From positions 6,578-70,577 of the forward strand of contig VGZV01000005.1 of assembly GCA_016872385.1 (NCBI GenBank): a stretch of 64,000 nucleotides of DNA, read 5' to 3'. Below, in pieces: positions 9,748 through 19,681 of the stretch (positions are counted from its first letter, which is position 1; every line of letters starts with the position of its first letter). The notes under the pieces were generated by a model. That model was not told where the DNA came from. It saw only the letters and a program-made list of their open reading frames with translations, and ran no database searches. The stretch is from SAR202 cluster bacterium. GTDB taxonomy: Bacteria; Chloroflexota; Dehalococcoidia; Lucifugimonadales; UBA3495. Both the position numbers and the translations under genes were made by a program.

Positions 9748-11101
9748 CTGGACTTCCAGCCTCCAATTCCGGCTCATTTTGGGTTTTGCCCTGGTGCTGG
9801 CCCTGACCCTGGGTGCGGTGAGCTTGTACGTGGGATGGGCCGCCAGCCAGGAAGTAAAGCATTTTGAGCAGCGGAGCAGGGATGTCCGCATCGCCCGGCT
9901 CCAGCGTTTCGCCGCCAGGCACTACCAGTCCAACCAGGGCTGGGGAAACGTCCAGGGCGCTTTGGAACAGGCAGGGCCGCTGTCTGACCGTCGTGTAGTG
10001 ATTACAGACCAGACCGGCGCAGTGATGGGAGATTCAGATCGGGACAACCCCAGCCCGTGGGACCCCGACGCCTCTGGGAGCGCACTAGTGCCGGTCGTTG
10101 CGGAAGGGCGGCCTGTAGGTTCCCTGCTTTTGGGGCCTCCCGGCAATTCCCGGCCCTTTCCAGAGCCGCTGCCCAGCCGCATGGCCACCTCGGTGAACCG
10201 CTCTTTGCTGTACACTGGGCTGGCGGCAGGAGTCTTGCTGATAATTTTCCTGTCCCGCCGCGTGCTGGCCCCGGTGCATGCCCTGAGCGCCGCCGCCAGC
10301 CGCCTGGGCCGGGGCGATTTGTCCCAGCGGGTGGCCACTTCCGGACGGGGAGAGATAGGCCAGCTTGCCAGCACGTTCAACACTATGGCGGCCAATCTGG
10401 AAGATGCGGAACGGCAGAGGCGCAACCTGGTGGCGGACGTAGCCCATGAACTGCGGACGCCGTTGTCCAACATTCAAGGGTATATGGAAGCAATTGAGGA
10501 CGGAGTACTGGTGCCGGACAGCGCCACCATCACTACAGTCCACCAGCAGGTGCAGCACCTGGTGCGCTTGGTAGAGGACCTGCGGCTGCTGGCCCAGGCC
10601 GAGGCAGGAGCGCTGCGGTTGGACCGGCAGCCAGAAGACCTGGCAGGCTTGCTCTCCCAAGTGGTGGAAGCGTTCAGGCCCCGGGCAGAGTCCAAAGGCG
10701 TCGGCCTGGAATTACAAATGCCGCCCAACTTGGCTGTGCTGGATATTGACCGGACTCGCATTGCCCAGGTGGTGAGCAACTTGCTGGACAACGCCATCTT
10801 TCATACTCCCACGGGGAAGGGGGTGTCAGTCATTGCGGAGATGGCCGAGCCTGGCTGGATCAGCGTGAGCGTGGTTGACCAGGGGACTGGAATTCCTGCT
10901 GAGGACTTGCCCAGGGTGTTTGAGCGTTTTTACCGGGTTGATCCTTCCCGCACCAGGAACAGCGGCGGCGCTGGCCTGGGCCTGACCATTGCCCGGCAGT
11001 TGGTGGAGGCCCACGGCGGTTCTATAAGCGCGGAAAGCACTATGGGGCAGGGCAGCCGTTTCACGGCCCGGCTGCCGGTTGCCGACAAGGGGGCTGGATG
11101 A
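9740..11101 (+). CDS. HAMP-domain sensor histidine kinase (BaeS-like); start uncertain (9716 or 9740)
   Basis: Two TM segments, HAMP, H-box VAHELRTPL, N-box NLLDNA, DQGTGI, FYRVD, GLGLTI. Confidence 0.92.
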   Translation: MRSWTSSLQFRLILGFALVLALTLGAVSLYVGWAASQEVKHFEQRSRDVRIARLQRFAARHYQSNQGWGNVQGALEQAGPLSDRRVVITDQTGAVMGDSDRDNPSPWDPDASGSALVPVVAEGRPVGSLLLGPPGNSRPFPEPLPSRMATSVNRSLLYTGLAAGVLLIIFLSRRVLAPVHALSAAASRLGRGDLSQRVATSGRGEIGQLASTFNTMAANLEDAERQRRNLVADVAHELRTPLSNIQGYMEAIEDGVLVPDSATITTVHQQVQHLVRLVEDLRLLAQAEAGALRLDRQPEDLAGLLSQVVEAFRPRAESKGVGLELQMPPNLAVLDIDRTRIAQVVSNLLDNAIFHTPTGKGVSVIAEMAEPGWISVSVVDQGTGIPAEDLPRVFERFYRVDPSRTRNSGGAGLGLTIARQLVEAHGGSISAESTMGQGSRFTARLPVADKGAG

Positions 11102-11194
11102 GCGCCGGGGTTGCTGAGGCGTGCATTAATAACTAACCACCCTCATCCCAACCTTCTCCCTCTATGGGAGAAGGAATTCCTCCTCTCCCTTTGT

Positions 11195-11372
11195 AGGCTT
11201 TGCCTCAAAACACCTGCGTCTAACTGAAACTGTCATCCTGAGCGAAGCGAAGGATCTAAAATGCAAGTTGCATAGGTGCCTATCGTAGATTATTGCCCAG
11301 TTTTCTAGATTCTTCGTCGTCCCGATAACATCGGGACTCCTCAGAATGACACTTTTGAGGCAAGACCCCCCT
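11195..11372. mobile_element. Non-autonomous MITE-like element, copy 1, inserted in a REP hairpin loop
   Basis: Ends aggctttgcctcaaaa ... ttttgaggcaagacccccct; flanked by (T)TGT on both sides; interior is a GTCATCCTGAGCGAAGCGAAGGATCT-type palindrome. Confidence 0.7.
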
Positions 11373-11477
11373 TGTGGAAGAGGATTGAGGTGAGGGGGAA
11401 AGAATTGCGCCCACTGATTAGTTTTCAGTTCATGGCTAAGTAACCAGGCCCGGGAAAGCGGCTAAAGTCCTGGGCCA

Positions 11478-12833
11478 TTACTGCGCAGCCAGCCGGTACA
11501 CAGTGCCCTCATTCAGGTTGGTCACGTACAGTTCTCCTGCTGCGTCTTCACCCAGGGAGCTGTGGCCTGCGCCTTTGCCTGCCACGGCAACGCTCCGCCG
11601 CCACGTGCCGGTATCATCCCGCGACGCCGCCCATAAAGTCCCGCTGCAAAAGTCGGTGAAGAAGTAGGTCCCCGCCGCGCTGGGGATGGCCTTGCCTCGG
11701 TAAACGTATCCTCCAGTCACTGAGCAGCCCTCTCCATTGTTGGCGTACTCAACGATTGGCAAGACCAGGCCTGTGCGGTCGCAATTGGCGGCAGGCGAGT
11801 AACAGTGCGTGCCTTCCATGCGGTTCCAGCCAAAATTCAGGCCGCCCTTGCTGCCCGCAGCCGCAAAGTCCACCTCCTCCCAAGCGTTCTGGCCCACGTC
11901 GCCTATGTATAGGTCGCCGGTCAGCCGGTCAAAACTGAACCTCCAGGGGTTGCGCAGCCCGTAGGCCCAGATTTCCCCACGGACATTAGCCTGCCCGGCA
12001 AAAGGGTTATCCGGCGGAATGGTGTAAAGGTCGCCCCGGTCCACGTCAATGCGCAGCAGTTTGCCCAGCAGCTGGCCCAAATTCTGGCCGTTGCCCCGTG
12101 GGTCGCCGCCGGAGCCGCCATCGCCGACGCCAATCCACAGCATCCCATCGGGGCCAAAGGCCAGCATCCCGCCATTATGGTTCGGGAAAGGCTGGTCAAT
12201 GGTCAGAATGGTCCTGGCGCTGGACGGGTCGGCGGTTGCGCGATTGCCCGGAGCGGTGTACCTGGCCACTACTGTGTTGCCCCGCAGGTCGGTGTAGTTG
12301 ACGAACAAATAGCCGTTGCCCTGAAAGCCAGGGTGAAAGGCCAGTCCCAGCAATCCCTGCTCACTGCCGGTGGTGCGCAGCAGAGGAGAGATATCCAGGA
12401 ATGGCTCCGTCCTTGTCGTTCCCTTCTTGACCACCTTAATCTTGCCGCGCCGCTCCACCACATAAACATCGCCGCTGCCGTCTCCGGCATGGGTCAGAAA
12501 CAAGGGCTGTTGCAGCCCGCTGATTACCGGCGTCAGGGCCAGCTTCGGCGGCTGGGGAGCAGCTGTAGGTGAAGGCGCGGGTGTTGGCGTTGGTGTTGGT
12601 ATCGTTGTAGCAGTGGCAGGCGCGACCGGCGTGGCCGTTGGCGGTGCAGGAGTGGTGGGTTTGGCGCCAGTGGTGGGAGTGAGTTCTGGAGACAGTGCGG
12701 GCGTGGAAGTGGGGCTGGCTGGCAGAGGTGGGATAGGCGTTGCCGTGTTCACAGGCGGCATTGGAGCATCCTGTAAGCGGGCACATGCGGCCAGCATGAG
12801 TAGAAGGACTGTGGCGAGAACAGCGGCAGGCAT
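11478..12833 (-). CDS. PQQ-dependent sugar dehydrogenase (glucose/sorbosone dehydrogenase family) lipoprotein
   Basis: Lipobox LMLAAC, Pro/Thr linker, EQGLLGLAFHP, NHNGGMLAFGPDG, AYGLRNPWRFSFD, GDVGQNAWEEVD. Confidence 0.9.
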   Translation of the reverse strand: MPAAVLATVLLLMLAACARLQDAPMPPVNTATPIPPLPASPTSTPALSPELTPTTGAKPTTPAPPTATPVAPATATTIPTPTPTPAPSPTAAPQPPKLALTPVISGLQQPLFLTHAGDGSGDVYVVERRGKIKVVKKGTTRTEPFLDISPLLRTTGSEQGLLGLAFHPGFQGNGYLFVNYTDLRGNTVVARYTAPGNRATADPSSARTILTIDQPFPNHNGGMLAFGPDGMLWIGVGDGGSGGDPRGNGQNLGQLLGKLLRIDVDRGDLYTIPPDNPFAGQANVRGEIWAYGLRNPWRFSFDRLTGDLYIGDVGQNAWEEVDFAAAGSKGGLNFGWNRMEGTHCYSPAANCDRTGLVLPIVEYANNGEGCSVTGGYVYRGKAIPSAAGTYFFTDFCSGTLWAASRDDTGTWRRSVAVAGKGAGHSSLGEDAAGELYVTNLNEGTVYRLAAQ

Positions 12834-13056
12834 GGGCGGCCTCGCAGTTTACAAGTATGCTTTTTACAGTCTAACAATAGCTGGCTGTTTTTGTAACATG
12901 GACGACGTAAATGGATGATAATGCGACCATTTTATAGTGGTTACGGCATGGACATGGCGCTTTACGTCAAACACTGGCAAAGAGGTTCCGTGAGGGGTAT
13001 CATATGCGCCAACGGCGCTGCTGGCAGAGCGCCAAACTTGAGTGAGAGGTGCAGTC

Positions 13057-13938
13057 ATGGCGTATCAGCGAGAGGGAGCCCAACCCCAGGCAATGGAGCG
13101 CCAGCGCAATAAACCAGCCCAGGTGGAAGCCGGTGGTCTCAAGTTTGTCATCAAGCACGAAGTTTGGGACCAGAACATCCACGACCACGGCGACCAGGGA
13201 GTGGCCATCCTGGTCTTGGGACAGGTGAGCGGCAAGGAGACCACCCTGCTGCGGTTCAACTGCTTTGACATTGACCGCAGCTATATTTATGGCCCAGAAG
13301 GCAAGAACAAGCTGTGCCGCATGGACCCCACGGTGGACGGCAATGCCATTGCCTGGACTATGCGGCAGCTCAAGGACAACCTTGCCACCATGATTACCGA
13401 AGCCGGGTATGAGTCCGTGGCCCGCCAGGTCAAGGTGCGGGAAGTGCAGGCCAAGCTGGGCGAAGTGGAGTCTCTGGCCCGCAAGAGCTTTGCCACTGAC
13501 CGCAGCACCGTCAAGCACAACCGCGGCACCGACATGTTTGAAGCGGGCAACATCCGGTTTGGCCTGGAGATGCGCACCCAGAGCAACGGCGATGGCGGCC
13601 TGGCCATCCACGTGCTCTCCGACCTGGCGGGCACGCCGGGGAAGGCCTACATGGAAGAGACGGAACTGCTGGCCTTTGACTGCTTCCGGGAGGCCCCGCA
13701 CTACCACTACGGTCCTCGGAACAAGAACTACCGCATATTCTGGGACAAGGTCCTGGTGCCCGATACCCTGGAATGGACGCTGCAGCAGTTCAAGGCTGGC
13801 AAGCTGCGGGACATGATCCAACGGGCTGGGTACCCTGGCGTGGCGGCCGATATTGACCAGGGCCTGATTGACGCTGTGCTCCCCGTGGTGGAAGCCAAGG
13901 CCCGGGAAATGCAGCCCAAGGTCAAGGCCAGCCGGTAG
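13057..13938 (+). CDS. Uncharacterised protein of two tandem homologous domains
   Basis: Repeat 1 LLRFNCFDIDRSYIYGP, repeat 2 LLAFDCFREAPHYHYGP; each followed by a W-T-[ML] and MIxxAGY segment. Start ATG 13057 after GAGG. Confidence 0.8.
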   Translation: MAYQREGAQPQAMERQRNKPAQVEAGGLKFVIKHEVWDQNIHDHGDQGVAILVLGQVSGKETTLLRFNCFDIDRSYIYGPEGKNKLCRMDPTVDGNAIAWTMRQLKDNLATMITEAGYESVARQVKVREVQAKLGEVESLARKSFATDRSTVKHNRGTDMFEAGNIRFGLEMRTQSNGDGGLAIHVLSDLAGTPGKAYMEETELLAFDCFREAPHYHYGPRNKNYRIFWDKVLVPDTLEWTLQQFKAGKLRDMIQRAGYPGVAADIDQGLIDAVLPVVEAKAREMQPKVKASR

Positions 13939-13970
13939 GGGTTGGGAGATTCCCTTCCTGTCCCTCTTGC

Positions 13971-14111
13971 AGGGGTCTTGCCTCAAAACTCAATCGTCGC
14001 ACCCCGACTCGTCGGGGTGCCCAGGCCCCAAGATGGCTTAAGCCAGATATGGGTTCCGGCTTTCGCCGGAACGACGAAAGTGCAGTCAGGGATTTTTGAG
14101 GCAACGCCACT
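13971..14111. mobile_element. MITE-like element, copy 2
   Basis: 18-bp ends aggggtcttgcctcaaaa / ttttgaggcaacgccact, flanked by TGC on both sides; interior homologous to the reverse complement of copy 3. Confidence 0.72.
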
Positions 14112-14233
14112 TGCAGGAGAGAGTTAAGGCTAGGTGTGTAATCTCTCCACAACCCCAGGCAATTTATCTGGGAGGCCAGCGCCAGCAGCATGCCACTGGC
14201 CTGGCCTCTCAAATTTTCAGGAGGCTGTTAGCA

Positions 14234-15607
14234 ATGGCCGCATCAGGCTCCACCAAAGACTTTTGCCACTGGATGGCGGCTACAGATTTTGAGGACTTGC
14301 CGCCGGACGTGCGTCATATGGTCTCCATGGCAATCTACGACTGCGTAGGCGGCTGGCTGGCCTGCTCCATGCTGCCCCTGGCCCACCGCATGGTGGACTT
14401 TATCAACCTGGCGGGTGGTTCGCCGGACTGCTCGGTTGCCGGGTTCCCTGGCCGCACCTCCGTGCTGAACGCGGCGGTGGTCAATGGCACCCTGGGCCAC
14501 GGCGACGAGGTGGACGCCATTGAGGGCGATGGCCTGGGCGCACACATCCTGGCGGCTCCTGCGGCGGCGGCATTGGCGGCGGCGCAAATGGCTGAAGCGC
14601 CGGGCCAGCAGGCGCTGCGGGGCGTGGTCTTTGGCTATGAGCTGGCCAAGCGGCTAAACCGGGCGGCGGCACGCGCCCGCGGAGAGACGGGCAGGGTCCG
14701 GGCCGCCATTGACCCCGGCAATACCATGGGCGCCACCGCGGCGGCAGGCATCGCCCTGGGCCTTTCCCAGGAGCGCATGGAAGTGGCCTTTGGCCTGGCT
14801 GCGGCCATGACCTGCGGCGTCACGCCCTTTGGCCGGGAGACCGAGCACATGCTCAAGTCCTTTGTGCGGGGCGGCGTAGGGGCCAGGAACGGCGTGGCCG
14901 CCGCACTGATGTCCAAGGCGGGCTATGATGCGCCAGAGGACATTTTTGAGGGCCCCCAGGGATTATTTCACGGCCGCATTGGGGTAGAGGACCCCGGCCC
15001 GGACTTCTTGAAGGGACTGGGTGAGGACTATGCCATTCGCGGCATTGTGTTCAAGCGGGTCTGCGGCGGCGGCCCTAACCAGGCCCCCAAGCAGGCCCTG
15101 CTGGAAATGATGTCCAAGAACCGCCTGGCTGCCAGGGATATTGCTGAAATTAACGTTGAGGTAGAGCCTGCGGGCCACAACACCATCACCCATGTCCACC
15201 ACCCGTCCATCGAGGGCAAGGATGTGCTGGCGCTGGCGGCGGTGTACGGTGGCCGTGGCTTCAAAGAGACCTACACCCCCTCGGCCTGCCAGAACCCGGA
15301 AGTCCAGTCGCTGCGGGAGCGCATATCCGTCTCCCCGCGCAAGGAATGGTCAGGCCACGAAGACCACTTCCGCACCGTGGTGACGCTCAAGACCAGAAAC
15401 GGCCGGACCTTACGGGAAGAAGTGCGCTACCGCTACATGGACGACGCCGACCTGGACGCCAAATTCCGCGACCTGGTGACGCTGCGGGCCGGGGAGGCCA
15501 AAGCCAGGGAGTTGGCGCCCGCGCTCAAGGGACTGGATACGGCGGCCAACACTGCTGAGGTCATGCAGCTTGTGGAAATGCCTGCGGCGCATTTGCCGGG
15601 GGCATAA
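14234..15607 (+). CDS. MmgE/PrpD family protein
   Basis: FEDLPPDV, AIYDCVG, AAVVNGTLGHGDEVD, GARNGVAAALM, FEGPQG, LDAKFRDL; start MAASGS inferred. Confidence 0.9.
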   Translation: MAASGSTKDFCHWMAATDFEDLPPDVRHMVSMAIYDCVGGWLACSMLPLAHRMVDFINLAGGSPDCSVAGFPGRTSVLNAAVVNGTLGHGDEVDAIEGDGLGAHILAAPAAAALAAAQMAEAPGQQALRGVVFGYELAKRLNRAAARARGETGRVRAAIDPGNTMGATAAAGIALGLSQERMEVAFGLAAAMTCGVTPFGRETEHMLKSFVRGGVGARNGVAAALMSKAGYDAPEDIFEGPQGLFHGRIGVEDPGPDFLKGLGEDYAIRGIVFKRVCGGGPNQAPKQALLEMMSKNRLAARDIAEINVEVEPAGHNTITHVHHPSIEGKDVLALAAVYGGRGFKETYTPSACQNPEVQSLRERISVSPRKEWSGHEDHFRTVVTLKTRNGRTLREEVRYRYMDDADLDAKFRDLVTLRAGEAKARELAPALKGLDTAANTAEVMQLVEMPAAHLPGA

Positions 15608-15799
15608 ACTTAAATCCGTCCCGACATTGTAGCTAGCCAGCTGGTCCGCCCTTGGACCAGCTCGGGGCGAGCGGATTTGCATCGCTCATGGTTCGACGAG
15701 CTCACCATGAGCGGCATTTCTGGATAGGTTCTTGCATTCTTGTTCTTTAAGCAGGATCTGGGGACATGCTGCCCCTGCGCCTAGCAAAAGGAGTGCCTC

Positions 15800-16618
15800 A
15801 TGCTAATTGTTGACGCCCAGGTGCATATCTGGAGCCAGGGCATTCCCACCAACCGTGCCCACCGGCAGATTCCGCGCTTTTCCAAAGACGATTTGCTCAA
15901 GGAGATGGACGAAGGCGGCGTCACCGCCGCGGTTATCCACCCGCCGGGCTGGGACCCCAACGGCAACCAGGTGGCTATTGACGCCGCCCGCCAGCACCCG
16001 GACCGCCTGGCTATCCTGGGGCATTTCCCCCTGGATAAGCCGGAAAGCCGCAAGCTGGTGGCGGGCTGGAAAAAGAACCCTGGAATGCTGGGCCTGCGAT
16101 TTTCCTTTACCCAGCCCCACATGGCGACCTGGATGACCGACGGCACTATGAACTGGTTGTGGCCCGAGGTGGAGAAGGCTGGAATCCCGGTGGCTTTGCA
16201 AGCCTCTGCCAACCTGTCGGTGGTAGGCAAGGTGGCGCAGCAGTATCCCAGGGTGAAGCTGATTATTGACCATCTGGGCCGCCCCAGCGGCAGCAAGGAC
16301 GCCGCAGCCTGGGCCAACCTGCCGGAACTGCTGGCCCTGGGCAAGCACCCCAACGTGGCGGTCAAGGCCACCGGCGCGCCCAGCTACACCAGCGCCGGGT
16401 ATCCCTTCAAACCCATCCACGGCTACCTGCGCCAGATTTACGAAGCCTTTGGCCCCCAGCGCATGTTCTGGGGCACCGATATTACCCGGATGCCCTGCTC
16501 CTGGAATCAGTGCGTCACCCTCTTTACCGAGGAACTGCCCTGGCTGCCGCAGAAGGACAAAGAGCTGGTTATGGGCCGTGCCTTGTGCAACTGGATTGGG
16601 TGGAAACTGGGCGGATAA
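15800..16618 (+). CDS. Amidohydrolase_2 family (lactonase/decarboxylase-like TIM barrel)
   Basis: IVDAQVHIW, IIDHLG, NVAVKATG, FGPQRMFWGTD. Confidence 0.9.
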   Translation: MLIVDAQVHIWSQGIPTNRAHRQIPRFSKDDLLKEMDEGGVTAAVIHPPGWDPNGNQVAIDAARQHPDRLAILGHFPLDKPESRKLVAGWKKNPGMLGLRFSFTQPHMATWMTDGTMNWLWPEVEKAGIPVALQASANLSVVGKVAQQYPRVKLIIDHLGRPSGSKDAAAWANLPELLALGKHPNVAVKATGAPSYTSAGYPFKPIHGYLRQIYEAFGPQRMFWGTDITRMPCSWNQCVTLFTEELPWLPQKDKELVMGRALCNWIGWKLGG

Positions 16619-16672
16619 GTGGGGGCAGGGGCGAGGCATGCCTCGCCCCTGCCTGGTTGACCGAATTCAATG

Positions 16673-17455
16673 CTACTCCCCCCGCACCGGGTTGCGCAGG
16701 GTGCCAATGCCGGGAATTTCTATCTCCACCACGTCGCCGGGATGCAACTGCTCCACCGAACCGGGCGCGCCGGTGAGCACCAGGTCGCCGGGCCGCAGGG
16801 TGGCAAACTGGCTGATGCCGCTGACAATGGCGTAGCAGTTGTAGGTCATGCCGGAAGTGCTGCCCCGGTCATGCTCCCGCCCGTTCAACCGGGTGATAAT
16901 CTCCAGGTTATGGGGGTCCACGTCCGTCTCAATCCACGGCCCCACCGGGCCAAAAGTGTCGCTGCTCTTGCGCCGCCAGTTGGACAGGTCCTTGGACCAG
17001 GCGCCTTCGCCGCTCACGTCGTTGGCGCAGGTGTAGCCCAAGATAAAATTGGGCGCATCCTCCGGCGTCACCCGGCGGGCCGGCTTGCCAATTACTATGA
17101 CCAGTTCTCCTTCGTAGTGAACGTAGTCTGCTTCCGGCGGCAGCACAATGTAGTCATTGTGGCCTATGATGCAGTTGGTCCCCTTTTGCCAGGGACGGAA
17201 GGCGGATGAGTCCCGGCGGATGCGTTCCGCGTCCAAAGCATGTTCCTGGTGGGCCACGTGGGCCGCGTAGTTGAGGCCAATAGCCCAGAATGTGTTGGCC
17301 CTGGTGGGCGGCAGCAGCCTGACCCGCTCCAGGGGATAGGATGCATCAGTCAGCCGGTGCTCGCCAAAAATATCTCCCTGGATTACCTGTACCCGGTCTC
17401 CTTCCACCTGTCCGTAGCTTTCCCAGCCATTTACTGAGAATCGCGCCAGTTTCAT
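16673..17455 (-). CDS. Fumarylacetoacetate hydrolase family protein
   Basis: AIGLNYAAH, HYEGELVIVIGK, GYTCANDVS, KSSDTFGPVGP, LRPGDLVLTG. Confidence 0.92.
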   Translation of the reverse strand: MKLARFSVNGWESYGQVEGDRVQVIQGDIFGEHRLTDASYPLERVRLLPPTRANTFWAIGLNYAAHVAHQEHALDAERIRRDSSAFRPWQKGTNCIIGHNDYIVLPPEADYVHYEGELVIVIGKPARRVTPEDAPNFILGYTCANDVSGEGAWSKDLSNWRRKSSDTFGPVGPWIETDVDPHNLEIITRLNGREHDRGSTSGMTYNCYAIVSGISQFATLRPGDLVLTGAPGSVEQLHPGDVVEIEIPGIGTLRNPVRGE

Positions 17456-17737
17456 GTTGCCTCCTTATCCCGCTGCTATTGCTGGTTTCCTTTCCGTATT
17501 TTGGAGTTAGTTATATCACAAACGGGAGCCGCCCATTGCCCATCTCCTGCCTGTTCCGAAATCCCCCTGCTGTAAGCAACTTATCGTTGGGCACCACCTA
17601 ATAATGCCAGCGGTTCGCAGATATATTAATACGAAATACGTAATAGTCATGGATGATTCTAATCATTACATAGCCGCTATATTGCGTTTCTAGCCATGAT
17701 AGTGTATCTTCCCTCCAGCTTTTTGTGGGAGAAAAAC

Positions 17738-19501
17738 ATGCGAATTGCAACCACGGTTAAGACCATGCTGTCGGGCCTTCTGGCAGTATCGGCGCTGCTG
17801 GCCGTGGCGTGTGGCGCGGCGGCCACCGCCACCCCCCAGGCTCCAGCGCCTACGGCCAAGCCCGCCGCCACAACTGCGGCGGCAACGCCCACGGCCAAGC
17901 CCGCCGCCACAACTGCGGCGGCAACGCCCACGGCCAAGCCCGCACCCACGGCGGCGCCCACCCCGGCCAAACCCGCCGGTAAAGTCATCATGATGAATGG
18001 CAACTGGGCCAGGCAGCAGTTTGATCCCCTGGGCGGGGACAATGAAGGCATGCTCTACATGCGGCTGCTCCACGGCTACCTGATTTCCGGCAACGAGAAT
18101 GCCAAGATGCTGCCCGGCATCGCCAGCAAGTGGGAAGTCTCTCCCGACGGCAAGACCTGGACCTTTACCATCCGTAAGGGGGTAAAGTTCCACAATGGGG
18201 AGGAGATGACCATTGACGATGTGCTGTTCAGCCAGGTCTACACGCATGGTGCTGCGTCTCTGCCCAACACCACCATCTCTACCCTCATAAATCAGATTAA
18301 ACAGACGGAGAAGGTGGAGCAGACGGGGCCGGACAAGATAAGCTGGACCCATAAATCTCCCATGGCTAACTTCGCCTTCTATCAGTCGGAGCTGTTCGGC
18401 AGCCAGGCGCCGGGAGTAGTCCTGCCCAAGAAAGTGTACGACACCGTGGGCCGGGCTGGGTATGAGAAAGCCCCCGTAGGCTCCGGCGTGGCCAAGCTGG
18501 TGAAATACGTGCCCTCGGAGCAGATGCTGTTCGAGCGGTTTGACGGCTACTACTACCAGCCGGCTAACGGCTTCCCTGAGGACCGGCGGCTACAAATTCA
18601 GAATCTGGACTTGCGCCTGGTGCCTGAGGAAGCCACCCGGGTGGCGGCCCTGAAGGCTGGCGAGGCGGATATTATTGAGAGCAGCCTGGTCTCCCGCAAG
18701 CAGATTGAAAGCTCTGGGGGCCGGGTGGCCTTCGCCCGAGAGTCCTCCTATGGCGTGATTATCTTCCTCCAGTGCTGGGAAACCCAGCTGTGGTGCAACA
18801 AAAAGGAAGCCCGTCAGGCCCTGGATTACGCTATTGACAAGAACCTCATTCGCACCCAGCTTTACGGCACCGACGCCATGGAATCCAAGGGCTGGACCCT
18901 GGTCACCCCCAGCGCCCTGGGATACAGCCCGGAGCTGGACCCCTACCCCTATGACGTAGCCAAGGCCAAGCAGCTGCTGGTCCAGGCAGGCTTCCCCGAT
19001 GGCAAGGGCATTCCGCCCTTCAAGATTCAGACCTGGGCCGCCGGCGACTTCCCCTTCCTGCCTGAGATGTCCCTGCTGGTGGCGGACATGTGGAAAAAGA
19101 ACCTGGGCCTGGACGTTACGGTCAACGTGGGTGAGGCCGTGGGCATCCGGGAAAAGTGGCAGGCCTGGCAGTTGGGCGGGGATGTAATGCTCCGCAGCAA
19201 CGAAGGTCGCTGGGACGGCGGCTCGGCTATTAACGGCGCCTACGGCCTGCAGGACAGCCGCACCCGCCGGTCCGATGACCCGGTATTGCGCCAGGCGGTG
19301 AAAGACGGTCTGTCGGAGATGGACCTGGAGAAGCGGCAGGCTGCCTACAACAAGATGTACCGCGCCCTGTACGACGCCCACTATGAAGTTGGCTTGGGCT
19401 ATGTGAACCTGCCCTGGGGCCTGAGCTCTCGGGTGAGTGACTGGAAACCCTGGCCGCTAAGCGCCTACGCCACCGCCCTGTGGACGGTGAAACTGAAGTA
19501 G
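17738..19501 (+). CDS. ABC transporter substrate-binding lipoprotein, family 5 (DppA/OppA-like)
   Basis: Lipobox LAVAC, Ala/Thr/Pro linker, ASKWEVSPDGKTWTFTIRKGVKFHNGE, RQALDYAID. Confidence 0.9.
   Translation: MRIATTVKTMLSGLLAVSALLAVACGAAATATPQAPAPTAKPAATTAAATPTAKPAATTAAATPTAKPAPTAAPTPAKPAGKVIMMNGNWARQQFDPLGGDNEGMLYMRLLHGYLISGNENAKMLPGIASKWEVSPDGKTWTFTIRKGVKFHNGEEMTIDDVLFSQVYTHGAASLPNTTISTLINQIKQTEKVEQTGPDKISWTHKSPMANFAFYQSELFGSQAPGVVLPKKVYDTVGRAGYEKAPVGSGVAKLVKYVPSEQMLFERFDGYYYQPANGFPEDRRLQIQNLDLRLVPEEATRVAALKAGEADIIESSLVSRKQIESSGGRVAFARESSYGVIIFLQCWETQLWCNKKEARQALDYAIDKNLIRTQLYGTDAMESKGWTLVTPSALGYSPELDPYPYDVAKAKQLLVQAGFPDGKGIPPFKIQTWAAGDFPFLPEMSLLVADMWKKNLGLDVTVNVGEAVGIREKWQAWQLGGDVMLRSNEGRWDGGSAINGAYGLQDSRTRRSDDPVLRQAVKDGLSEMDLEKRQAAYNKMYRALYDAHYEVGLGYVNLPWGLSSRVSDWKPWPLSAYATALWTVKLK
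17852..17943 (+). repeat. 39-bp in-frame tandem repeat (TAKPAATTAAATP), 2 full copies plus partial
   Basis: Units start at 17852, 17891, 17930. Confidence 0.9.
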
Positions 19502-19681
19502 CCGAAAGCATAGGCAACGGCGCCTTTCCTCATGCAGATGCAAGTCCCCCCAACCCTGTCGCTAAGGTAAGGTTGGGGGGACTTAATTTCCGGCGATTCG
19601 CTGGACATCTCTGCCGGTGCATCGCCATTTGGTACAATAGGCTCCCATAACGGCGCAATAAACTACTGGAGGCTTGTTCCC

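Noticed and set aside
17852-17943. CRISPR-like or regulatory repeat
   Set aside because: In-frame Ala/Thr/Pro linker repeat of a lipoprotein.
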